Shown here: positions 1 to 10,837 of the stretch, one piece after another
Layout of the letters: each line of letters opens with the position of its first letter
How positions within the stretch are numbered: position 1 is the first letter of the stretch
Source of the DNA: Phoronis australis
Lineage: Eukaryota; Animalia; Phoronida
Direction of reading: 5' to 3'
Assembly: GCA_002633005.1 (NCBI GenBank)
Contig: NMRA01000772.1
Span: 38,382 to 75,858, forward strand
DNA: 37,477 bases
The notes under the pieces: model-generated
What the model was told of the DNA's origin: nothing
Database searches by the model: none
What the model saw: only the letters and a program-made list of their open reading frames with translations
Program-made: the position numbers and the translations under genes

Positions 1-930
1 GTATCAGGATAATTTATATTTGACACAAATATGTGAGTAATTACATTTATTTGGCAATAAAGTGCTCTCTGCTTCTCATGATCAAGTAGTCGATGGATTG
101 ACGGCGAAAGCCGCGCGAAATTAGACTTTCGGATTTAGCTCGAGAGCGTCGGTCAAAACCCGGATGTGCGAAGACCGTCTGCCATGACATCACGGAATCA
201 GGTCCTTGAATTTGTGATTTTGGCATTCTTTTGGCATTTTTGTCGCCAAATCACCACTCGAAGGCAATTTGAAGAGATCAAATGAAAGAAGGTATTCTAA
301 GAGTTGTCCGATGCTAGTTTCGTGGAGTTCCATGCACATTTGAGTAGAAAATTCTGAGCAAGCAGATTTCGAGTGTCCAACCTTTATGTTTTCTTATATA
401 TATTATTGAGTGACGTCAAAAAAATTGCGATAAACCCAAGAGCCTGTGGTTTGTATTTGAGAGTAAAGTGCTCTTTTGGATAGGAGGAACAAGAGGTACT
501 TTTTCGAAAGTTGATCGCATGGCGGAAAATCGTGCGCTAAAAAAAGCTTACAAAGATGATTTATCAGCGCTAATTTGAGACAAAAAGATTACAAACTTAC
601 AAATAAAGACTAAGGTAACGATTCATAACACAAAATTGTCTTATAGTTAACTTTGAAGTCTGAAATCGGGTAATTTACCGACGTGGGTTTTACACGGAGG
701 CGGATATGGAGCACCGTGACCTACTTTTTGATTGTCCTCCCTAACTCAGGTCACTGTATCTATTGCCTATGCCATGGGACTGTTAGTGTTACCTGGGACG
801 AATCTACTGTCTAGCACACAACAAGGCAATGTCGTTTTCGAAATAGCTAAGACTAAGTGCAAAAAGCGGAGCTTGATAGAGATTGCGAGGCTATCTACGA
901 TCTCAGACTAACTAAGACTAGCAGGCTTAC

Positions 931-966
931 CTTCGAGACATAGTCTTCTTTACCATCGTTCGCCAT
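931..966 (-). CDS. Possible first coding exon (MANDGKEDYVSK) of a gene continuing leftward out of the window
   Basis: Minus strand reads gcggcATGG (strong Kozak context), 12 codons, then AAG|GTAAGC (consensus donor) in CpG-containing sequence. No homology recognised and no downstream exon found. Confidence 0.35.
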
Positions 967-1342
967 GCCGCGAGTTCTGCGTAATCTTAACCTATTTAGT
1001 TTAGTGAACTTAACTCAATTTCCACATGACCCAGGCACTGATAAGAATAGCGACTCTATATCAGTATCTGTGGCCAGGAGCTACGTTGAGACACATGGTG
1101 TTATGTTATACACAAACGGAACAATTGCCGTCAAATTTCCATCAGATCACCGCAACAAAATTGGTGTTGTATCCTTCGCAGCGCCCTCGTGTGACGAGTA
1201 ATGACTTGGCTGTGCCAGACTTGGCCCGTAGGCATAATGCTTCATAGAAATTAAGTAGCCTAAATGACAAAAACAACTTGAAGACTCCGTTTTTCATATT
1301 ACGGCGTTTCAAATGTCTCTATATCACCAGGCCTAAATTATA

Positions 1343-1449
1343 GGGGGCCGGGGGGGGTCGAATTTTCCGGTACGCGGACCTTCTATTGAATAAAATCAAC
1401 GAGGACTCCGTTCGCGGAGCCTCCAGTCGGCCGATCCCCCCCGGCCCCC
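1343..1449. repeat. Short GC-rich foldback / MITE-like element
   Basis: gggggccggggggggtcg (1343-1360) is a near-inverted copy of cgatcccccccggccccc (1432-1449). Internal hairpin gagg-a-ctccg-TTCG-cggag-cctc at 1401-1423. Confidence 0.5.
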
Positions 1450-4005
1450 CGACCCCGGGTGCAGTACTGCCAAATTAGTACAATAATCATGCATTTATTG
1501 ATATTTGAATTACATTACAGTGTTCTGTCGTAACTTTTCCAGACGTGAGGGATGCTGAACGTGCGATTACATCTGGCTCTTTTGTTGACTGTCCAGCTCA
1601 GTCTTTAGTTTGTCCAGTATGACAACAAGCAGGCCAATTATCTCCCAGGTTTCAAAGGAAACATATGGTGGTTGCATGCTATTACCGAACGCGTATGAAC
1701 TCAGTCAAACCCAGTGCGTCCGTTTGGACAGAATAGATTGTCTTAACTTCTGTTGTAGTAGGGCGATTTTGGTGATTCAAAAACTTACGGAACATGATCA
1801 GCATTTGAGGAGGAATTCAGAAATGCTATTGGTTTAAGCTCAATTATGTTATAACTTAACTTTAATTTTTATCAGCCCAGTCAGTCTAGATACGATCTGA
1901 TCGGAGATTAGAGCAATCGAACAAAAGAGCTCATGCCCTCCAACCATAAATGCCAGAATGGAGTCAGTCGTGTCAGTAGTAAGACATTGGCAACAGGGTT
2001 AAACTTCCCAACTTGTTGTTAGGCTATAGAATCGAACAAGTTGGGAGCAATGGGATGTCGCCGTCATGAACAGTTCATTTTTGGGACCGAAGAACTGTCC
2101 GAATTTAGTATCTCGGAGAGTTATTTCAGACAGGCAAAAATCGTCTGGTGTACTTTACTAGTTGGGGTCGAATGATAGACATTTTCCTAACTGCACACTG
2201 CAGCTATAAATTCACTGAAGCGGTCATCAATACTTACAAGATTAGATTAGCTTCTAATTGTCAAAAAAAAAAAACAAAAAAACAGAACATGAAAACGTAC
2301 GTCAGGAATCAATAAATTCGTTGTATATTTCAACAGAATATTACACGCACTTTGTCGCAGAATGTCTTATTGTGTTTTTCCATCAATCAGTTTAGTCACG
2401 ATTACATAACTTTCTGTTGTTGTCTATCACCACTTTCTTAAAGTAGAGGATGAGAAATACTTCCTATTCCTAGAACGAGCATAGTGCATCCTTTATTTGT
2501 TTGTCTATAATAATTTTGATCAGTTGATTCGTGTTTCTCTAGTCGCTATATATCAGTTTCATTTGTTTTCATGTAGTAGTTTTAGGAGCAGTATTTAGTA
2601 GAATTAGCAGTGGTAGTCTAAGCATTGAGAGTTGTTCTCCTCATGCAACGTTTGCAGTCTTCAATATAGTAATCAAGACCCGTCTCTTTCTTGCCTGCGA
2701 ACCATCTCTGCCTACGATAGCCAAACCGCATTTTCCTCGTACGCCATACACTTCCCGATGGCATTCTCGACGGGCAACCGCCTTGGGAATACGGGAGACA
2801 GGGCATCGGCCAGACAGGGTCACCCCAAAAAATTTGCGAATTAATAGGCTACTCGTGTTCTCGTGTGTTTTGGTAGCTATTACGGTTTATGAGTTAAACG
2901 TGCGCTCAAAAAAAAAAGCTGAAATCTTTGTTGATTATGATTGCGAGAACATTACTTTGAGTACCAAAATCCGTTAGACTGTGCACTGTTTCAAGGTCAT
3001 AAAAGTCGGATCCCTGACGTGTGTTCGACATGTGCGAGTTTCTTACAAACAACCCCTGGTAACGATCTTCAAAAGACATACTGTGGGAATTATGAACGAG
3101 ACTGGATAATAGATGGGAATTAGTATCGACATTTCATCGCTTTAAATCCTAAGAAATATTTGTGAATTTCGAGTATTGTCCTCGTCAGTGAATTAACAGT
3201 CCCAAGAGACAAAGGGTCATCCCTCCGAGAGAGGGCACCGTCTGAATGGGGACGCCTCAATTAATATGAAAGGTTAGTAAATATCATTAAACAAGGAAAA
3301 GAGGGACAGTTAATACCGTCATGGTGTGACTCTAAATATGGAAGGGTGTAGAATTTCAAAAAACAACAGAAAATAAGAAGTAGATAGTGATGCTGTCTGT
3401 CAGGTTCTAAATTTTTATCAACTGATACACAATTTCGAGAAAAAGCGGAAAAAAGAGTACGATAGATGACTTCATGATCCCTAGTCAGAGAGGGCTCCCT
3501 GAAGAAATAGTTTTACATTCCAAAAAATTATCTTCTTGGGTTTATGAAATCCATACTCTGCAAAAGCTTTACAAATTTTCTCAACATTTTCGAAATACGT
3601 ACGTACATGAATGATTAAGTACATGTTTTCTGGATAATCTAGGCTGCAAAAATGGGGCCCCTAACAACAATCTCCAGACCAGCGCCCTACTCTGGGCACG
3701 GTAAATCAAGAACTTAAAGTTCTTATGATTTTTCTCTCCATGTATTCGCTGTCTTTCTTTTCTCGACTGCACAACAGCCTCTCCTCCAAACCGGTTGCTA
3801 AGGTTTAACTATGACGCCTGCAAATTACCCAGATTTCTATTGGACCCTGTACCAAAGATACTGTATAGGCCTAATATCTTTACCTGTACAGCAGGAACAC
3901 TTATCTTAAGAAGAGCCCCGGTCGTTACTTGTTTTGTTTATTGCAGAAATTGTCAAAACACAGATTGCGAGATAACTATTACCACATTTGACCCTTGGTT
4001 TTGGC

Positions 4006-4267
4006 TTACACAAGGAGTTACACAACAGGTAAAATTAGATTACGGTAACATAACTCCACGAACACATGGAATCGTTTTCTTTCTAACTAAAGTTACAAAA
4101 CAAATGGGGTGCGTTTGGGTAAATCAGGCACTGAAAAAAAGGAATTGCGCCGTGGAGTTTGAGCATACTGCACTAAAACTTTGTAGCCTGTGCCTCACTT
4201 GTAGCTCTGCTTATGTAAGTTCTGGAACTTCGGAGTCACGTGATGTGCCAGAAGGATTACTATAAAA
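4006..4267 (+). promoter_or_regulatory. SOUL gene proximal promoter: D-box-like sites, E-box and TATA box
   Basis: TTACACAA at 4006-4013 and 4018-4025, TTATGTAA at 4211-4218, GTCACGTGA at 4235-4243, TATAAAA at 4261-4267, followed by a GTAAGT donor at 4319. Confidence 0.55.
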
Positions 4268-4289
4268 CACAGAGCATCCTTTGTCGTAG

Positions 4290-4318
4290 TAAGTTGCTGA
4301 TCCTTGACTGCTGAAATT
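4290..4318 (+). other. Putative non-coding first exon of the SOUL gene (start approximate)
   Basis: Begins about 25-30 nt after the TATA box and ends at a GTAAGT donor (4319-4324). The coding exon has an acceptor (ttttag, 5496) only 8 nt before the ATG, so an upstream UTR exon is expected. Confidence 0.5.
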
Positions 4319-5504
4319 GTAAGTAGATTTTCTAGTCATTCAAAACAACTGAGCAGGTTGCTGAGTTTTGAAGGAAGGATAACCCCGGTCTTGTTTTTTA
4401 ACTAGAGTTACGGTACTGAAACGTTTATTACACTCTTTGACTGGTGGATTTTTGTTTTGATTTTAACATTCCATACTTTTTTGTTGGACTCAGTTTGCAG
4501 AATAGTTGGGTGGGCTTACTTATTTCAAAATGATGCTTGATTTGGTCACGAATTGCGAGGCATGTAGCAAGTGTTTTTGATATTAATCTATGGACGCGTG
4601 CACTTGTCAATTGGATAACGACAGAAAATGTGGTTTTCGTTGTTTTTTGAAAGAACGTAGCATTCGTTTTTCATTATTTTTGCTGTCTACCACAAAGTAT
4701 TGTTTCACTTCAACATGTGCTGCATAGAGTCATGCAATGAAAAATTTTGCTTGCTGGATTCGGACAACGTGGTTAACTGATATTTATTCTACGAGGTCAT
4801 GCAGCATATCTTACAATTTTGGAAATATCGCAATTTTGGCATAAATCTTTGATGCTCTAAAGGATAGATGGCGTACAATGAGCAAGGTATATAAATATCG
4901 CTCTAATTTTTCCAATGATTCGATTTAAGTGGTTACAAATTAGTTTCTCAATCGAATTGTCTTTATGAACGAGTTTCTTGTCAAAAATGGTACCCGAAAG
5001 AAAGATCTTTGCTCAATTTGTATTAAAGAGACAAAAAATATGACTTTGTACTGGGATTTTATTGAGGAAATTCAATGGTCTGATACAAGGAAATAATAAC
5101 TTTCAATAGCTTAATCATCTCTAGCTAAAACATGTTTTCTGTGGTATGGCGCAAATTTGATATATGAGTAAGTTATTCATTTATTCAGGAAAACATCATA
5201 ACCGCCACAGATTCAGAAATATTGGACCTTCAAATGAACTTTTTAGAAATATGTAACAGTAGCTATGTATTTATCTTACAACCTGTGAATGCGAAAATGC
5301 ATTAGAAAATGGCCCTCTTGGCTCTTCTATTGCTCTGAATAATACGCAGTGTAAATCTCAGCGGTCTTAAAATGCGTGTCATTGGTTTGTGCGTGAGCTG
5401 TGCGTACATGCACGAGTGTCTAAGAGTCACGTGGTTAAAAAGTATGCTAAAATTTATGGAGAAAACACTATTGACGTGTCCCTTTTTGCTTTTTAGGTAT
5501 CAAA

Positions 5505-5696
5505 ATGAAGCTGCTCTTCGCCATCACGGTTCTGGTTGTGGTCGACGTCTCTTTGGCGTTTCCAAACATGCGATGGCTCACACGAGGAAACGTTGTGAAC
5601 AACATTATGGGATTTGCGAGACAAATGTTCCAAGTTCACCCTACATTCTGCCGGGATTTAAAGTGCCCTAGCTATGAGAAATTGGCTGACAAAGGG
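5505..5696 (+). CDS. SOUL-like coding exon 1 (signal peptide ... CPSYEKLADKG)
   Basis: caaaATG start; donor GGG|gtaagt. Confidence 0.88.
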
Positions 5697-7785
5697 GTAA
5701 GTTAATTATTATACATTTTGCCGTCCACGTCGTCGCAGTCGAGCGAATGTCCCACATGCGTGAAATTTTATTAGGTAAATGTGTAGGCCCTATTTGAAAT
5801 CAAATGCTATTACAGTAAATAATGTTACAGTATGCAATATTGTTAGACCGATTTTCGCTTTTTTAAAAACGGATCAAGAGAGCGAAATGCAACTTTGACG
5901 GAGTGAACGCACGGAAATCGAGCTCTACGTTCATTTGCGAATTTCTAAAACGGCATTTAACAGTAATCAAGAACGTCTTAATTAGGTCAGTTACCGTTAC
6001 ACAATGGCCTGTTTTTGTTTCGTGTTCAGTTTAGAAGTACCTCTACCGGTACTCGGAAAAAGCTGGTAATTGATCATTTCTCGCAATGTATACGTTCACG
6101 CCGTGACTTATGAGATTTGGCCCTAAAGAACTTTCAGTTCTGCTCTGTTCTTTGTTCAAGTATGATTTAGTTGTTTTTTAGCAATAATTGTTGGAAGCGC
6201 ATGATTGACCTAATTTCACTTCTCATGATATAGCCTCTTTGTGTGGAAACCAGTGCATTTATCGACTCAGTTTAATTTCAGGCTTATGAAATTCGTCGGT
6301 ACAGTCGGACCAACTGGGTCAGTTCAGACTACAACACCGGCGATTCGTCTACTTTCATGAATTTGTTCCGTTATATCGACGGCAACAACGAGAGAGGTAA
6401 TTATTCCTTAACATGTTTATAATCAAGCTGTTTGTTACAGAGGATTTAAGTGGAATTGCAGGGGTAACCATGCAGTTCAATAACTTTTCTAATAATATAT
6501 TATAAAGTTCAACTAAATAATTACATTGGCAGGTTAGGAGGGACCCGCACCTTCCCCCTCCGACACCCCGCCCCCGTATGAGCGTGATAAAAAAAAACGC
6601 CGCCGGCATACCGGTTTTACTTAATTAATACACATGGTAGTATAATATTTAGTAGTTGAACATTGGATGTCACAGAATGATCATAAACGTTGCGGAAATG
6701 TTAGGGTCACAAGTTAGGATCTTAACATCACGGTATTGTGGGTATTTACAGGGGAGAAGATTAACATGACTGTTCCAGTTCTCACCAAGGTTCGTCCCGG
6801 TGACGAGAACCAAAGCGACCGTAAACTGGCGATGTTTTTCTACCTCACTCAAAGTGACGCTCCTGAGCCGAATGACAGGCGGGTGCAACTACATCAAATG
6901 GGTCCAGTGACCGTTTACGTCAGGTAACGAATAAATAACTGAAGCAAAATTGGTTTTTGAACAAGACATCAAGGTCCAGACTTTAAACAAATGAACTACG
7001 CTGCATGACATTCTTTCCACCTTTCGTTTTAATTCTTGAAGTGGTGCCACTTAAATGATACCAACCTGAACACGGTTTTCGCCAACTAACAGATACGTCT
7101 TACCCATCTAGTTGTGTGAAACAAAACAATGCTCTGTCGCCCACAACAACCATCAAAAGTTTGGAGGAAAATTTGAAAAACTCCTTTCAAAGTCTGTTAA
7201 ACGGGCAAGTGTGACTAACGCTTTTAGTGAAGTCAAAACAAGAGTTAAGCATCCTTTTCAGCCGGAATTACTTTCCATACTGACTCCAAAGAAGATAATG
7301 GTCGCACTGCCTCAGGGCTTGGAATCTTCCGCGGAAACGCGGATTTCCGCTTTTTTCACATGTTCTGTCCGCGTATTTTATTATAATTATTTCCATTCTA
7401 TGACAATACTGTTTTTAATTATTGTACTACACTACAAATACTTATTTTCCAATTTAAGATTACAGGTATTTGGTTAAATCAGAAGTTTTTAAGCAACGTG
7501 TCTTCTCTATGCCTCGAATCAGTGAGGATTAAATTGAATTTCTAAGTTTGTTTCATTTCTCTGCACAGGACTTTTGGCGGATTTACGTGGCGTTGGCAGA
7601 CTTGGGCGAACCAAAAGAAGGCGTTGCAAGAGGCTCTCGAGCGGGACGGTCTGAGCGATACCTATGAACCTTACTTCTACACGGCAGGTTACAACAAGCC
7701 ATGGACACCGGTCAACAGACATAATGAAATATGGTTCATTAAAAAATCTCATACAGAACAATCAAATGTAATAGAAACGTTATAG
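5505..7785 (+). CDS. SOUL/heme-binding protein 2-like, predicted secreted, 231 aa; join(5505-5696,6282-6396,6752-6923,7569-7785)
   Basis: All introns are GT-AG with compatible phases (0,1,2) and the joined 696 nt are open. SOUL family motifs: CPSY, YEIRRY...W, FMNLFRYIDGNN, KINMTVPV, VYVRTFGGF, FYTAGYNKPW...NRHNEIWF. Hydrophobic N-terminus MKLLFAITVLVVVDVSLA. Confidence 0.92.
6282..6396 (+). CDS. SOUL-like coding exon 2 (AYEIRRY...LFRYIDGNNER)
   Basis: tttcag acceptor; G|gtaatt donor; SOUL motifs. Confidence 0.9.
6752..6923 (+). CDS. SOUL-like coding exon 3 (EKINMTVPV...VTVYV)
   Basis: ttacag acceptor; AG|gtaacg donor. Confidence 0.9.
7569..7785 (+). CDS. SOUL-like coding exon 4 (TFGGF...RHNEIWF...ETL*)
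   Basis: Polypyrimidine tract and cacag acceptor; TAG at 7783-7785. Confidence 0.9.
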
Positions 7786-7800
7786 AGGAAAGTAAATCAA

Positions 7801-7806
7801 AATAAA
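7801..7806 (+). terminator. Polyadenylation signal of the SOUL gene
   Basis: AATAAA 15 nt after the stop, followed by T/GT-rich sequence. Confidence 0.5.
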
Positions 7807-9173
7807 TATTATTTATATTTTCATTTAATATTGTGTTATCATTTCGTTAGCAAGCCAACAGTTATTAAATCTGGGCCTTACCCTACATCACTCCAAGCGA
7901 CAACGCGCACATGGAGTAATAAACGCTTGTTTCAAGACTCCCAAATCTGTCAGGCTGTTATCATCAAAATTGAATGGACAAGGAAAATTGAAAGTGTCAA
8001 CAGGGGAGGCTAGACTTGTCGACTTACGGCCTCGAAAAACGCAGTCTATACCCGTGTCAAAGATAAACCAGTGTGTATCAGGCGTAAGTTTCGGCAAAAT
8101 TCGTTAAGTCGTTATGCCGAAAGTTGACAGACAATAAATTTCTTGACGATAATAAAACAGTGGTTATCCTTGTCATCTTATATCCGACTGAAATCAATCG
8201 GTGCAGGTGTAGCGTTAAGTAACTGAGCTTTGTCCTAAACCCATCACGAACGTGAACGTGTGCAACGTGTTTATTATGAAATATTCAGTACAATAAATAT
8301 ACATACCCAGAAAGCGCCAAGAGACGTTGTTTTATACGTCGAAAAATGATCCTTATGGTCAATAAAGTGAAGTACTGTGTAAAACTGTCCCATGCGGTCA
8401 TTTTTAAGAAAAAACGAGGTGAAAAATTACCGCGTCGCGTTTTTTGAGAAAGACTCAATGCGAGCAGCGTTCGCTGGCAAAAACGTTCCCGAGCAGCCTT
8501 GGTCTATGTTTTAGCTAAGACACATGTTCGTATGCAGGAGAGGAAATTTTTCGTCCTGGAAAGGAATTCAAACTTTTTCAGCTAAATACATGACCGACTG
8601 CTTGTTGCATGAAACAAATAGGAATGAACGCTTACATTCCGAGCTAAAACGTCTTCATTAGAGCTTACAATTCGTACCACGAAACTTGCTTTTTTAGTAC
8701 ATTTCTGGCCGCCAACTCGTTTTCAATACTCACCCGTTGGACAGCAGTTTTTTTCAGAAAATTCGTTCGAAAACAGCATTTGTGATATCTAAGTCACACT
8801 GTTCGTGACCTCCGCTATCGGCAAACAAGGAAACTGACTTATACTCTCCACCGATTTGAATTGAAAATGGATTTGCGCACAAAGTTTGCCTTCCGGGCGA
8901 TTGGCTGTGTTCCATCAACACCTGATGGTCCTGGGATTGGACCTCCGATGAGACATGGTTCCAAACTTCAAACTTAAATTTGGCACCTTAAAATCTTCAG
9001 CAGTCTCTCCAATATTCTGCATAATGAATATACAGGCCTGTCTTTTTCTCGCTAGCTAACGGAGATGCATAGTAGTCTCCCCAAATCAAAATTCCTCGGA
9101 AAATCCCTTCTTGTGTATATTTTCTGAATGTTGACTAATACCCTTTGGTACCGCTGATGTCACATGCAGGCTG

Positions 9174-9187
9174 GCGCCCCCTAGTGG
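9174..9187 (-). promoter_or_regulatory. CTCF consensus motif between SOUL and TMEM203
   Basis: GCGCCCCCTAGTGG, i.e. CCACTAGGGGGCGC on the minus strand, an exact match to the CTCF core consensus. Confidence 0.5.
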
Positions 9188-9704
9188 AGGTCATTAGAAT
9201 TCACAAACCGAGTTATTACAGGGTTTAGTGGATGCCCGGACACGCACCAACGTGGATACGAGTCCTTATCTCACGTCTTAATCGAGAGTCTGAAAAAAAC
9301 AAAAATTTTTTTTTTTGGCGTTCCGAACTCAAAAGCTCTACTCAAGATAACTGAAACTTAATTATGCTACAGATTTTAATCTGCCAATTCCCATCCTGAA
9401 AAAATACCGCCGGGCACACAAAAATAGAACCAAAGCGCCAAATTTGACAGTTTTCTCCCTAAATTTATTACTTCTGCAAGTGATAGAAAAAGTCTGACTA
9501 CAGATTCAGAATGCTCGTTCTCTCTAGATTCTAAAAATGTGGTCATACGGTACACCCCTTACCAGCTACTTTTTGGCAATTTCTTGTCTGACAGCCATCT
9601 TATCGTAGTGTTTTTTGTTGTTCTTTTGTTTTTTCTTTGATAATACTTAAGGAATCAAGGGAAATGCTTATTTTTTAGAGGGAAAAACAAAAAGCTGGAA
9701 GCAA

Positions 9705-9850
9705 ATGTCCCGACTTAGTGGCATAGAAGTATGCAGCGCTCATTTTGAGGGCGGCAAGAAAACATGTCTTGGAAACTGTCCTACAATATTTCCCTTGAAA
9801 GAAACAGTAACAAGAACACCACGGCGGAGGGTAGTGAGGAAAAACCTGTT
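9705..9850 (+). mobile_element. THAP-domain C-terminal remnant of a DNA transposon
   Basis: VCSAHFEGG...CPTIFP followed by a basic stretch (TPRRRVVRK) matches the THAP CxxHF and AVPTIF-box; the N-terminal CxxxxC is missing. Confidence 0.6.
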
Positions 9851-10326
9851 TTCGCTTGACCAGAACTCAGCAATTTTGAGGATAATGCCACCGACTGCAC
9901 GATCACTTGTTCTGTCGACTCACTTAACGCACAATATGCATTGACGTGCTAAGACGAAGTGCAGATTATTATTATTTACTTTCTACAAATTTGTGGTGCA
10001 TTGCTATTAAACTGCTGAAATTCCAGGGCGAAAACTCGCCGACTGATACGTAGCTGCCTCGCGATCGTCGATAGGGCAATTTAAATTCTTGAATAAAATA
10101 CAGTTTTGACTCAACAACTTACCTGAAATCCTCCTTTAGTTTTCCAAATAGTGTCCCTAAGATTTTTAAGTTCTTTACTTGTGGAGTAGCCCGTAACACA
10201 AGAAAAATCCCTGGAACGCAAGTGTTGACTTTGACGTTCTAAAACCGCTCTGAGGTGGTGGCGTATTACAACTACTATTAAAATCTCTTGGACTATTTAC
10301 ACCGATCGCTAATCTATTTACACTGT

Positions 10327-10368
10327 CATGACGTTTCGGGCGGTCTATTATCCGGCCATCGTCAGGTG
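10327..10368 (-). ncRNA. Minimal type I hammerhead ribozyme (Penelope-type), slightly degenerate
   Basis: Minus strand: cac-CUGACGA-U-GGCCGG-auaauaga-CCGCCC-GAAA-CGUC-aug. It has both core boxes, stem II with one mismatch, palindromic ACGU stem III, a GUC cleavage triplet and a 3-bp stem I with one mismatch, and lies next to a Penelope endonuclease. Confidence 0.7.
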
Positions 10369-10428
10369 CTCCCGCGTTCTTAGAAGAACGAGCACGGATA
10401 TGTGGTGCACTCATGGTGTGATTCTTTG

Positions 10429-10497
10429 CCCTAGGCAGGATTTGAAACCGCTACAGTTAATTCGAGCCCAGCACCTTAACCACTACACCACGGAGGG
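10429..10497 (-). mobile_element. Degenerate tRNA-like head (Pol III A/B boxes), SINE-like
   Basis: Minus strand ccctccgTGGTGTAGTGGTTAAggtgctgggctcgaattaactgtagcGGTTTCAAATCCtgcctaggg. A box, B-box-like T arm and ccct/aggg acceptor remnant; the anticodon arm does not pair. Confidence 0.7.
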
Positions 10498-10510
10498 AAT
10501 TTTATTATAT

Positions 10511-10837
10511 TTAAACCTTCCTGAAGTAGACTGAGCCACTGGCAGGTGTCACTTTTTGTTTGCTTGGCTGACTGAAGACATTGCCTTGTACTTTCATGTA
10601 CATAGCTTCCTTGATCTTTCTCTTGGTCCAACCTGTTTCATTGTCAAGTATTCGGATGTTATTCCACTGGATATTGTGTTGTTTCGACCACATGTGTTCT
10701 GCTACTCCTGATGAGGTATTACCCTCTCTACAACACCTCTTATGTTCAGCAATTATCGTATCCAGTGGTCTTAATGTTTCACCGATATGATTCACCACAT
10801 TCACATGGGATTTCATAGATGACATTTTTCTTGACAT
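10511..10837 (-). mobile_element. Penelope-like retroelement 3' fragment, GIY-YIG endonuclease C-terminal half
   Basis: HIGETLRPLDTIIAEHKR...SGVAEHMWSKQHNIQWNNIRILDNE...RKIKEAMYMK matches the PLE pattern YIGET.R.L..R..EH...A.H....H...W....IL..E.....R...E...I. 5'-truncated, no reverse transcriptase. Confidence 0.85.

Noticed and set aside
1-700. Possible DNA-transposon interior with weak internal repeat
   Set aside because: No termini or TSD visible, so it cannot be supported.
2618-2844. Overlapping short ORFs in a GC-richer patch
   Set aside because: No family motif recognised in any frame; probably repeat debris.
3795-4265. 156-aa ORF, the longest in the track
   Set aside because: Non-ATG start, no recognisable motif, and it overlaps the SOUL promoter.
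10429-10497. Functional tRNA gene
   Set aside because: Acceptor and anticodon stems do not pair and there is no terminator; only promoter boxes remain.
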